Of a DNA stretch of 64,000 bases, positions 12,030 to 23,800 are shown piece by piece. Below the pieces are notes generated by a model that was given only the letters and a program-made list of their open reading frames with translations, was not told the origin of the DNA and ran no database searches. The DNA is from Octopus sinensis (lineage: Eukaryota). The stretch lies in contig NC_043009.1 of the NCBI RefSeq assembly GCF_006345805.1, positions 58,342,001 to 58,406,000 on the forward strand, written 5' to 3'. The first letter of the stretch is position 1, and the number at the start of each line of letters is the position of its first letter. Position numbers and translations under genes: made by a program.

Positions 12030-12381
12030 GGGCAATGCATCTCAGACAGCTCGATACATCAATGAGGTGTTTGGTGAAGATGTGGCGAATGAGCCTGCCG
12101 TACATTGATGGTCCGAGACCTTCCGGTCTGGTGACTTTACACTTGAAAATCAGCCCCGTGGTAGATCTGAGACCAAGATACATAATGATGAGCTGGAGAC
12201 TGTAGTGGAAGCGTATACATCTCAAACTACGTGTGATTAAGGTTTAATGTTTCGATTCCAACTGTATTGGACCATCTGAAACAAATCGGTAAGGTAAAGA
12301 AGCTGGACAAGTGGGTACCACACGAACTGAACAAATGACACGTCGTCTTGAAACTTGCTGTTCTTTGCTGCCACGGCAAAG
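12030..12381 (+). pseudogene. Mariner transposase N-terminal fragment (Hsmar1/cecropia-like)
   Basis: Translates to GNASQTARYINEVFGEDVANE.AVH*W...FRSGDFTLENQPRGR...NDELETVVEA...QTT; then NVSIPTVLDHLKQIGKVKKLDKWVPHEL (WVPHEL motif). Confidence 0.88.
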
Positions 12382-12789
12382 TATATTTTCAACTTACACT
12401 ATCCCACCGATATTATGTAAAATAGAGGAATTTATCTATAAATATAATATGTGACAATTAGTTGTTGTCATAATAGAACACAGAGTTTTTTTTCATCATA
12501 GCGTTTTGTCTTAATATCTGATGAGATGCCAGGGCAGACTTCATATGTGTGTGTGTGTCTGTGTGTGCGAGTGTACCTTTGTGTCTGGGCTTGCCCCCAC
12601 CACTCCCTGACAACTGGCGCTGGGGTTTTTATGATCCCGTATCTTTCGCTGCCGTAACGTATATAATGGGACCTTGCAGATAAAGGCTGAAAGGTGATTA
12701 TCTTCGAACCAGTTATAGAATGGTTCTGAAAGTAGAGACTAGCTGACCACACGACCCAATAATTGACCCTAAAAAAATCATTACAGTCG

Positions 12790-13532
12790 TTCTTCTTCTT
12801 CTTCTTCTTCTTCTTCTTCTATTTCGTTTTTCTTCTTCTTTCTCCTCCCCCTCTCCCTCCTCATTTTCCCCATTTCCTCTTTTTCTTCCTCCTCCACCTC
12901 CTTCCCCACTACCGCCGACGCCACCACCACCATCACCACGACCACAACCACCACCACCACCACCACCACCACCACCACAACAACAACAAGAACAACAACA
13001 ACTACTGCAATTTCGCGCATGCACACAACCGCTGCTGATTATTTTCACGTTGTCGGATGACGTCAGTGGAACGAAGAAGAGCGACTGGAAGAAATTGCAA
13101 AATGATGTTGATTTATGATGATGATGATGATGATGATGATGATTATGATGATGATAATGAGTATGATGATTGTGATGATGATGATTATGATGATTGTGAT
13201 GATAATGATTATTATGGTTGTGGTGATTATTGTGATGGGTACTGTCGTGATTTTCACCACAGTCATGATGAGGGTGCGACGACAATGATGATGATGATGA
13301 ATACGATGATGAAAGTGAAGAGGTGGAGGAGGAAGGGAAGTAGGGGGGAGTGCAGAAGCATGATATGTTTTGGCGATGATCATGATTATGGAAGAATATG
13401 ATGGTGAAAGGAATCACGCTGGTTTTGTTCATGATAATTGTAAGACATGAATGATAATGCTTATTGAGCGGAAATGACGTTGGGTCATGATATTGATGCT
13501 GATGATGATGATAATGATGATGATGATGATAC

Positions 13533-13569
<37 letters not shown>

Positions 13570-14882
13570 AGTCATGATTATGATGATCATGAGTATGATG
13601 ATATGTCGATGATGATGATGATGATGATGATGGTGATTGTGATGATGATCATGATAATGATGATGCTGATGATAATAATGATCATGGTGATGCTGCTGAC
13701 GATAATGCTGATGATGATGATATTGATGTTGATGGTGATGATGAGGATGATAATGATGATGATGCCGCTGTTGCTGCTGCTGATGATGATGATAATGATG
13801 CTGCTGCTGCAGATGATGATAACGATGCTGCTGCTGCTGCTGTTGATGATGATGATAGTGATCATGATGTCGGTGGTGATGATGATTATGCCGACGATGA
13901 TGATGCTGATGCCAATAATAATGATGTTGATGAGGATAATGATCATGATGATGATGATGATTATGACGATGATAATATGAGAACAATGATGATACGATAA
14001 CGTAGGATGACAACGGCGACGACGACGATGACGACAACGATGACGACGACGATGATGATGTGGGTAAAGAGGGTGTTGAACATGATATCAAAGATGTAGG
14101 GTTCATGTTGGTGGGGTGGCGGCGCCATGGGTAGCAATGTTATTGTAGTTAATGTTGATGACGATGATGACGACGAGAAGATGGTAATGATAATGATGAC
14201 GATGAAGATGACGACAATGATGATGATGATGATGAGGAGGAGGAGGAGGATGTTTAACCTAATAGTGAGGATGTTGTTGGTGATGATGTTAATAATATTT
14301 TCTGGTATAGGCGCAAGGTTTGAAAGGTTGAGGGTGGCGGATATTCGATTACATCGACCCCCAGTGATCAAATGGTACTTACTTTATCGACTCCTGAACG
14401 ACGAATGGCAAAGTCGACCTCGGTGGAATTTGTTCTCAGACAGTGAAGACGAACGAAATGCCGCTAAGCATTTCGTCCGGCGTGCCGACAGTTCTGCCTG
14501 TTCGTCACCTTATGATGACATTAACAATGCCATGGAACTGGTGGTGGTCTTAGTAGTGGCTGTGCAGATGCTGTTGATCATGTTGTTGACTAGGATGATG
14601 ATGATGATGATGATGACGATGAGGATGTTGTTGAGGATGATGGTGATTATGGTGATAAAGTAGATAGTGATGACGAAGATGATGCTGCTGCTGATGATGA
14701 TATTGATGATGTTCATGATGATATTGACGATGATATTGATCATGAGGATGGCAGTGACGATGGTGACGATAATGATGTTCTTGACGTTGATGATGACGAT
14801 GGTCATGATGATGAGGAGGAGGAAGACGACGACGAATTGAAGTACTAGTGGTAGCGCTGATAGTTTTAATCGTGTTGGCTAC

Positions 14883-14941
<59 letters not shown>

Positions 14942-15500
14942 CGATGCGGATGTTGCTGATGATGATGGTGATGATAGTGATAATGGTGATAAAGTAGATA
15001 GTGTACATGAAGATGATGCTGAGGTTGATGATGATGATGGTGATGATGATGTTGACGATGATGATGATCATGACGATGACAGTGACGATGATGAAGATAA
15101 TGATGTTGTTGACGTTGATGATGACGATGGTGATGAAGGAGGTGACGATGATGATGATGAGGATGGGGATGAGGAGGAGGAGGTGGAGGAATTGAAGGTA
15201 CCAGTAGTAGCGCTGATCATTTTCATCGTGGTGATAGTGGTGGTGGAGCTGCTTCTGATGGTGTACTGGTGGTGGTGTTAATGATGTCTACTTTAATGTG
15301 ATGTCGGCGACGAGAATGATGACAAAAAAGACGATGATGACAAAGAACAGTTATTGAGCGATAGTAATCGTGGTGGTATTGGTGGTGGTAGCTCTTGGAA
15401 ATGATAACAAGTGGTGGTAGTGGTGGTGCTGGTGGTGCTGGTGCTGGTGGTGTTGTTGTTGGCGGTGGTAGTGGTGGTGGTGGTGGTGGTGGCAGTGATT
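12790..15500. repeat. ~2.7-kb mosaic of trinucleotide repeats (CTT, CAC, GAT, GAC, GGT) containing a diverged ~350-bp duplication
   Basis: Directly visible; poly-D/M/H/I ORFs in several frames; 14630-14880 resembles 14970-15230. Confidence 0.9.
14322..14510 (-). mobile_element. SINE family A inserted in the GAT mosaic
   Basis: Reverse complement of head and core. Confidence 0.75.
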
Positions 15501-16030
15501 GTGGAAGTATTGACTGATATAGATGACATTCAAGTTTTAAAAAAACAATGATTAACAGTTGGAGGCGGAGTAGAAGGAAGCATAGGACGGAGGGAAAGGA
15601 GGAGGTTTGTGAGAGAAGAAAAACAACAACAACAACAAAAAAGAAAAACAGAGCAACAAAAAAAAAGAAAGAAATAAAGAGGAAAGGAAAAGAAAGAAGT
15701 AATGAAAGACAGGGTGGTGGTGGTAGGATGGAGAATAAAATAAATCTGTTAATTTAAAAGATCAATTGATTAATTAACTATTCCTTGTTAATCTACGGCA
15801 AAGAACAAAGAACTCATTTACCATTTTCTTTGATGTTGCAGAATTATCCTCAGTGTTTTGAAGTTTCTTATACAAATCTATCTATCTATCTACCTATCTA
15901 TCCATCCATCTTTTTATCGCTCTATTTCACAATATATCTCACATTATTTATCTCTCTCTCTCTTTCTTTCTCACTCTCTCTTATTCTGCATATATATACA
16001 TATATATATATTCATATGTGTGGATATATT

Positions 16031-16074
<44 letters not shown>

Positions 16075-16084
16075 ATATATATAT

Positions 16085-16121
<37 letters not shown>

Positions 16122-16235
16122 TATGTATATATGTGTGTACACATATATACATATATATAAACATATATTCTCACAGATATGTGTAAATATATAACTATGC
16201 ATATATATATATATATGTATGTATATATATATATA

Positions 16236-16294
<59 letters not shown>

Positions 16295-16411
16295 TATATA
16301 TATATACATATATATATGCTGTCAGCTATTCGTCTTCGGGTATTGCTCTGATAGTTGGCGTTTCTATCCTTGATTGGAATAATTAGCACCAGCTGTCATA
16401 GCTCTCACAGT

Positions 16412-16468
16412 GATAATAACAATAATGATGATGATGCTGCTGCCGCTGCTGCTGCTGCTACTGCTGCT

Positions 16469-16511
<43 letters not shown>

Positions 16512-16515
16512 TTGG

Positions 16516-16557
<42 letters not shown>

Positions 16558-16575
16558 CGATGATGATAGTGATGG

Positions 16576-16612
<37 letters not shown>

Positions 16613-16625
16613 GATGATGATGATA
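16412..16625. repeat. (GAT)n/(GCT)n microsatellite
   Basis: Directly visible. Confidence 0.95.
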
Positions 16626-16644
16626 AAAGATATCGGAATGGAAT

Positions 16645-17910
16645 TTGGTACTAAAATGTGTGGTAATCTTAGAATACAAGGAGGCAAAGAAGTGTCGTTT
16701 GGTGGTATAGTGTTACCAAACAGGGCGAAAATCATGGACATTGAGACTAATGGATATAGATATCTGGGGATCTAGAACACGACAAAATCAAAGAAAGTGA
16801 AATGAAGGAAAACTTTAGGCGAGAATATCTCAGAAGAACCAAGTTAATTATCGGAAGTAGACTCAATAGAAAGAAATCAAGACCAGGGCAATGAAAACAT
16901 GGGCTATTTACTTAACGTGATAGACACAGGTGTTGGTTGGTGGACAAAGAATGAGCTTGAGAGAATGGACAGTAAAACTAGGAAAGTGGTCACAATTAAC
17001 AAGAAGTACACCCCCAATACTGACAGCCTGTATGTGCCTAGAAACAGGGGAGGAAGAGGTCTCATAGGATGGAGGATCAGTTTTGACAACGAGAAGAATA
17101 ATCTTCGATGTTACATCAAACAGTAGATTGAATCCTTGCTTGCTGCTGTAAGAATTTACAATACAATACCTATTGACAATTTGATGCACACACAAACATT
17201 TAAGAAACAAGACGAAGAAGAAAGTGTATACAACTGGAAAATGAAACCATTGCATGGGCAATACCTCAGAGAAATTGAAGGAAAAGACAAGATCGATGCT
17301 TGGAAATGGCTAAGTAAAAGTGATCAGAAAGAATGCACTGAGGCGTTGATACGCAGCGCCCAGGAACAGGCCCTGAGAACCAATTGCACCAAGTTCCAAA
17401 TAGATAAAAGTAGATACTCGCCTCTTTCTGGGTGATACCAGAAATGAAACAATCTTATACATTGTGAGTGAGTATAGTAAACTGGTCCAAAAGCACTACA
17501 AAAGAGGACACGCGAACGTGGCTGAGCTCGTCCACTGAAACCATGCCAAAAGTACTGCCTGAACAGAGGAGTACGGAACTGGTACAAACATGAACCAGAA
17601 GGAGTCACAGAGAACAAGGAACGGAAGACACTGTGGGATTTTACAATCGAATATGACGCCCTAATCGAGGATCAGAGACCAGATAGTGTTGTGGTAGATA
17701 GAGAAAACAAGGAAACCAAGATCATAGATATTGCAATACCTGGAGATGCACGCTTAAGTGATAAAGAACTAGGAAAAATTGAAAAGTTCAGACTACTAGC
17801 TAATAATGTGCAGAAAGACACCTTCTGAGACCTCTGACAGTAGGATGCTGTCCGTTCTCACAGAGTCTACCAGAACAAACAAGACCGAACGTTCTGAGAA
17901 GTAAAACAGC
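16645..17910 (+). mobile_element. 5'-truncated R4/Dong-clade non-LTR retrotransposon, decayed
   Basis: FGTKMC...GYRYLGI, W.KNELERMD.KTRK, LYVPRNRGGRGLI, WKMKPLHGQY, AQEQALRTN, ETI..IVSE.SKL...YKRGH, LWDFTI...RPD.VVVD...IIDIAIPGD...KE..KIEK (RT C-terminus, Zn knuckle, PD-(D/E)xK endonuclease); frameshifts and stops. Confidence 0.9.
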
Positions 17911-17921
17911 AGCAATAATAA

Positions 17922-18190
17922 TGATGAGAAGACGAAGAAGAAGAAGAAGAAGAAGAAGAAGAAGAAGAAGAAGAAAGAAGAAGAAGAAGAAGAAAAGAAG
18001 AAAAAGAAGAGAAGAAGAAGAAGAAGAAGAAAAAAGAAGAGAAGAAGAAGAACGGGAGGAGAAGAGAGGAGAGGAGAAAAAGAAGAAGAAGACGAAGAAG
18101 AAGGAGAAGAAGACGAAGAAGAAGAAGAAGAAGGGGAGGAGGAAGGGGAGGAGGAGAAAAAGAAGAAGGAGGAAGAGGAGGAGGAGATGT
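17922..18190. repeat. (GAA)n/(GAG)n purine-rich microsatellite
   Basis: Directly visible. Confidence 0.95.
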
Positions 18191-18778
18191 TGACCCAGTA
18201 GACTAAAAGTAACGTCGAGCGAAATTAAGACTACTGTAAGCTATAATACGAGGGTAATAGATGAATGCTCGATGGTTTCGCACTTATTCTTGCCTCATCA
18301 TAACATTGACTAAACATTATACAAACTTTTGCAATAAAAGCTATCCAAATACGGAGAGCGGACAAAAAAGTATCGGTTCTGTTTCTATTGTAACAGATGT
18401 AAACTACACAGAGTAAAGCTGCTTGTCACAGATTGAGCTTGAACTATGTCGCACATGCGCATTAAATCATAGCGTTGTCGCTCACTTCCGTTGATTAATA
18501 GAAATGCTTGCAAATGTGCAGTGTTTGTTGATCACACTTCGTATATGACTATATATATATATCACAATATACAGCAATTAGACAATGGAACAGATTAAGT
18601 AATAACACCATCGCCACAGTTAATTATATAAAATTATTCTGAGGACCCTGTGATAACACTAACATAACAGATCTTGTCATTAAGCTTCTTAGCAGTACAG
18701 GATACTTTGTGATAATGGTGATTTAATAATATTTAATAATAATTTAATTATAATTTAATATTTAATAACAATGGTAAT

Positions 18779-19341
18779 AACATTGGTAAAATATTCCTGT
18801 CTCTCCAAGACAAACACTTTCCAGCCACTTGCAGATACAGGAAATATTTAACAGGTGTTCTGTGAAATTATCATATAGATGCTGCCCCGATATCAAGAGT
18901 ATCATTACATGTGCTCAATACCAAGAGCCTGGTTCCGGTTGCAACTTTCGTGACCCAGGATCCTGTCCACTTGAATAATGATGTGTGATTAAATCTATCA
19001 TATATGAGGCAGAAGTTACAGCAGCCCTAAAAAATAATACAACTGATGAGAAAACCTATAATGGATTATTTGAAGGTGAATTTAAAAATCGCTTTACCAA
19101 TTAAATGGCCCCTTCCGACATACGGACAAAAATTAAAGCTACTAAGTTGGCTAGCTACCTATGGACTTTGAAAGATAACGAAACACAGTATGTGATTAAA
19201 TGGAAAACAATTGAGAAATCCATACCTTGTGTGAATAGATCGAATAAATATTTGGCTGAAAAAGCACAGATCCTGTTCGGATCTAAGATCTCTAGCTCTC
19301 TACTGAACGCCAGATTTCAGCAGTTGCATGAATATTTATAA
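18779..19341 (+). pseudogene. Penelope-like element GIY-YIG endonuclease remnant
   Basis: NIGKIFLSLQDKHFP...IFNRCSVKLSY.CCPDIKSII; CNFRDPGSCPLE; IIYEAEV...KTYNGLFEGEFKNRFTN; TKLASYLWTLKD...IKWKTIEK...LLNAR, matching the PLE linker and GIY-YIG consensus. Confidence 0.85.
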
Positions 19342-19569
19342 ATACATTTTGAAGAGCTGGAAGATTTCGTCTATTCTTAACTGATTTGATAACTCTCTAG
19401 CCTTTCAATCAAGATCTAAGGCGTATAGCTTTTTCACCTGTTTACTTTTGTATTTTTTTTACATTTTACCTTCTGTTTTCCGTTTTGCCGTTTTCCGTTG
19501 TTTACTGCCTACGTTTTTTATATGCTGCATTCTCATTCAAATTCTGTAGTTTATTATAATATATGGTTT

Positions 19570-19623
19570 GTGCCTGAAGAATTATGTTTGAGCTTTCTCA
19601 ACATATGAAGCTATTAGTTGCAC
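19570..19623 (+). ncRNA. Degenerate hammerhead ribozyme motif in the 3' region of the Penelope-like remnant
   Basis: GUGC CUGAAGA [AUUAUGUUUGAG-CUUU-CUCAACAUAU] GAA G CUA-U-UAG U U GCAC; A15.1 is changed to G. Confidence 0.6.
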
Positions 19624-19652
19624 TTTAATACGTGTATTGTGACCTTCAAATA

Positions 19653-19702
<50 letters not shown>

Positions 19703-20111
19703 CGAAAACAAAAAAATGGAACAAGTTAGTAACAGGCGACAACATAACACCCGAACAGTTATACGATACAAGAAAGGACAGAAAAAAAGCAAGGACGCGT
19801 CATTCGAAGCTTCCTATCCTCAGTCGAGTTCCAGATCGTGTTTGCAGTTTCGGACGGTTACACTTGAGACTGCTTTAATCTGGCCGGCCCCAGGAAAATG
19901 TCAGCTAAAAGCACTAGACTCCTTGGAAGAAGGCAACGAATGTATACGAAATAAAGAGGAAAAACACGGGAAAATGGTACACAATTACAAATACCAACAT
20001 CAGGACACGAACAAGAGGTGTTTTTCGACCAAAGACGAATTAAATTAAGCTGGCGTGCGTGGAGGTGAAGCCTTACGGCAGGAATAATTGGTATATTTAT
20101 ATATATTTCAA

Positions 20112-20212
20112 ATATTTAGCAAAAACATAAGCGGAACATCTGAGGAATTAGCTACGAATTTTCCGTTTGTTATGTTTTTGTCAGATGTTCCGCTTATGTC
20201 TTTGCTAAATAT
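20112..20212. repeat. 32-bp inverted repeat (1 mismatch)
   Basis: Arms 20112-20143 and 20181-20212. Confidence 0.9.
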
Positions 20213-20484
20213 CATTACAATTTCTCATATTTTGCTTTTTTACTTCTTTCAGTCATTAAACGGCGGTCATACTGGGACATCACCTTAAAGCATTTACGTG
20301 AAGAAAAGCCTGGTACTTATTCTACCTTCTTCTGATGCCAAATTGACCGATTACTGAATGTAAACTAACGAGCAGCTATTGACAAACAATGGCATGGGGT
20401 AGGCACAAGCTAAAATATTCACTCGCTCGCACACGCACGTACTGATCCACACACGCACACACACACACATGCACACATACACAC

Positions 20485-21200
20485 ATTCATTCAGTTTTCA
20501 TTGTGCCTCGTGTCACTTGAGGCGACAGTAAGATCGTCCCCCCCCCCTAGCGCTGAAAGCATCCTTGAGATCCTCTTCCATTATTAACCCTCTGCTTATA
20601 ATATATTTTGTTATTGTTCTCCGCCCTGTTTCCTTTGGTTGGCGACGTCTTCTTTTACCTTGTGGAAACCCTTGCAAAGCGATCCTCACAATTCAGTTCG
20701 GTTTATAGCGACAAACCCGACCCAGCCATTTCCATCTCCTTGCTTCAATAGTGTCTCTTATTATTTGCACGTTAGCCTTGCTGTGTAGTTGGCTATTGGA
20801 GATCATATTCGACCGGAAGAGCTTCAAAGTTATTCGTAAACATTCAATTTGAAACACTTCCAATTTCTTTTCAATACTTTTGATAGTTTTCCAACATTCG
20901 GATCCATAAAGAACAACGCTAAGTATGTTGCTTTCGTAAAATCGTATTTTGGTGCGCTTGATGAATGAATATTGATGATTTCCATATTGAGTTTAACATG
21001 CTGAAAGATTGGTTGACTTTACTGGTTCTTGTATTTATTTCATGAATGCAGTCTCTATCCATTGTTATTTTGGTGCCTAGTTAGTTAAATGCATCAACAT
21101 TTGCAATTGGTTTGCCTTTCAACGCATCCATTTAAATTGAAGGATGTTCCCCTTTGACTGCTATAACATTTTTTTTATTAAACTTCACATCCCCTTGAGA
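20485..21200 (-). mobile_element. 5'-truncated RTE-clade LINE, decayed
   Basis: NVDAFN*LGTKI...EINTR..K.NQ.FSML.SIWKS; TKIRFYESNILSVVLYGSECWK...KLEVFQ.ECLR...ISN...RRWKWLGRV.R...RIALQ..PQGKRRR..PKET; ends in a GAAT-repeat tail at ~20485. Confidence 0.88.
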
Positions 21201-22940
21201 GAATGGCAACGGTTTTGAACATGATGTTGGAGAAATTAATGTCTAATGAGGAAGAGAACTTAACTTTTGCTAATGTGAGGTAATACACGAAAGAAGTTAA
21301 CCATGAATTATCCCTCATGCAATTGCTCCCTATAAAACTAGTTTAATATATAATAACACCATTTACAATTGTTTCATCATAATGCTCTTATGAACGAATG
21401 TCCTGAAATTAAGAAGACTCTTAATCTATATTACATCATAAAACTACTCTATAAATACACCCTACACGCGTCTAATTACTTTTATATATATTCATTAACA
21501 AAATCAAGGTTCATGATGAAAGAGTCAGTAAAATTATACATTACATTTATACCCGTCCATAGTTTCATGTATGGTCCTTTTAACTCAGAAAGAGGTGAGA
21601 CAACAAATCGCAAACTACCCGTCCACCACTCTACATCAATACAATATTTTATCGACAATAGAAATGTGATTTCGCAGGGATTTGAACGCAGACCCCAAAG
21701 AACACAAACAAATACCTCCAGACATTCCATCCGACACTCCAACTATCCTGCTAGTCTACAACCATACAGTGATACTTAATATATTTTATCGACTCCGAAA
21801 AAGCGCAAGGCGAAGTTGACTGCAGCGAGATGTGAAGTTAGCTCGCCGAATAAATGCCATAAGTCTTTTTTTCCGACGCTCTAACGATTGTGCCAACTTT
21901 GGAAAAGAAACAATTGAAAAGGTGCCTTGGTTTAAAGCGCAGTCATGCGTAGCTGCGACTTTTTTTTTATCTTGAATACAATCCAAATCTCTCTTAGTAA
22001 CAAGTTAAGCAAGTGTATATTCTTAAAAGTACAATGATCGCCACAGAACAGATATCTGCCAAGCATAGCAATGCCATTAGAATGTTCTTAAAGGAGACTG
22101 TCGAAGAAAGTGCATCTTCAGATAACAATTTTAAATAAATTTATTTTTAAAGTTTTCTTCTTTTTTCTTTCAGTATGACTATGTTTATATTTAATTGCAA
22201 ACGTTCATTAAAATTTTATCATTTCAACTAGATTTCTTATTGAGCAATTATTTCATAATAAACGTATTTCCTTACTACTGAATTAGTAAGTAATAAATGT
22301 ACTGCTATACTGCATTTGCAGTTCGTCTGAACGATGGAACATTTTTTTAATGCTATTTCTGTTCAAATTGCTTACAGTACATTTATCAGCTAATAAAATA
22401 GTCTTCATTACTCTGTATATGTCTTATTTACGATAATTCCGTTATTTGTGTAATAAATGCATTCAAAACAACTTCGTCAACAAGAGAAATTTCTCAATAA
22501 CTGCATGTCAAATAGTCAAGCTTATTGATATTCAAGAAATTTATTATATTACTATGCAATAACATTACTATAAGATATAGTGAAATTGCTATTCAATGGA
22601 CACATTTATATTTGTGGTTGCTATATGTGACACAGCGGCTTCCTGTGTTTCTATTCATATATAGTTTCTCTTTAACCACATTCGTTCTGATTCGCGATCT
22701 TTTTGCCTCTTCATTTCTCCGTCTTTGTCTTTGCTTCTGTCCAATCTCCCAAAACACACATACACACACACAGAAACACACACACACGTACACACACACA
22801 CACACACACACACACGCACGCACGAACACACACACACACACTCTCTCTCTCCTCTATTCATAAATCTACTTCAGCATAATCTGTCACGCATCTGAAATCA
22901 ACAAATATCCAATAAATGAATTTTCTTTTGAAATTCTTCA

Positions 22941-23120
22941 ATGTGTTTCAGCTTTAAAGGTGTGGTCATGCTGGAGCACCACCAGTGAAAGTGTGAGGTG
23001 CTTCCAGCACATAGGTTTACCAAGCGGTCACCCATCTAAGTACTCATTAAAGTACTCATTAGATTCACAGTACTCATCTGAGTACTCATTAGATTCAACG
23101 TTGCTTAACTTCGGTGATCG
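22941..23120 (-). mobile_element. 5S rRNA-derived SINE-like element (5S internal-promoter region joined to the family-B SINE tail), with a short internal tandem duplication
   Basis: Minus strand GATCACCGAAGTTAAGCAACG...AGTACTTAGATGGGTGACCGCTTGG resembles 5S box A and box C, followed by GGTGGTGCTCCAGCATGACCACA. Confidence 0.65.
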
Positions 23121-23699
23121 AAACCTTCAGTTCACGAGCGCAATATAGAAATTGTTTACAAAACAAATTGTGTCTGTGCCAAAGTATTCCATAGAAAACG
23201 AAAATATGAAAACGGTGCCCCAGAAGGATAGTAAATCTGTCAGATGATAGAAGTAAAGGTCTATAACAGTTCAGGACTGTTACATGCTTCGAGTTGTAAA
23301 TTTCGTTTAGTCAATGTTTGTATAACGAAAAAGGCCATAGACTTTTTGTTTTCGATTATTTAGCTTCCAGTACAGTAATATAGATATAGCTAGACATTCG
23401 AAACGACATATAGCACATCGTTTTTTTCAGCTTCGTGGTTCCATTGTATAGACCATTAGACCCGTGTGTTGCCTGTACTTAAAATTTAACGTTTCTCTCG
23501 GCTTAACGTCACAACGAAATCTTCACATTTTTAACCATGAAATAATCTGATTTATCCCAATACAAAGTTCTCTGACAAACCAGCAGAGGGAAGCAGAGGA
23601 GAAATGAAGAACGTAACGTACACTTTGTATAATGATTTCAACTAGACTTGACAAAACGATGTCTGGGCCTCGGAATGTTTGCTTGTGCTTCTAAAAATG

Positions 23700-23800
23700 G
23701 GCATCTGGCGTGGTGCTTAAGAGTGCGGGCTACTAACTCTAAGATTACGAGTTCGATTCCAAGCAGTGACTTGAATAATAATAATAATAATAATAATAAC
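23700..23800 (+). mobile_element. Short tRNA-like retroposed sequence with (TAA)n tail
   Basis: Box A-like TGGCGTGGTG and box B GAGTTCGATTCC, immediately followed by TAA repeats. Confidence 0.5.

Noticed and set aside
12713-15195. Long His/Asp/Met-rich ORFs up to 239 aa
   Set aside because: Open in several frames on both strands because of triplet repeats; no splice or domain evidence
19790-19840. HHR-like CUGAGGA...GAAUGACGCGUC on the minus strand
   Set aside because: GAAA is disrupted and stem I does not pair; too degenerate to call
23039-23095. CRISPR-like short repeats (AGTACTCAT x4)
   Set aside because: Local slippage duplication in eukaryotic DNA; no unique spacers or cas genes
23001-23120. 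Functional 5S rRNA gene
   Set aside because: 5' third is missing, the A-C box spacing is expanded and there is no poly-T terminator
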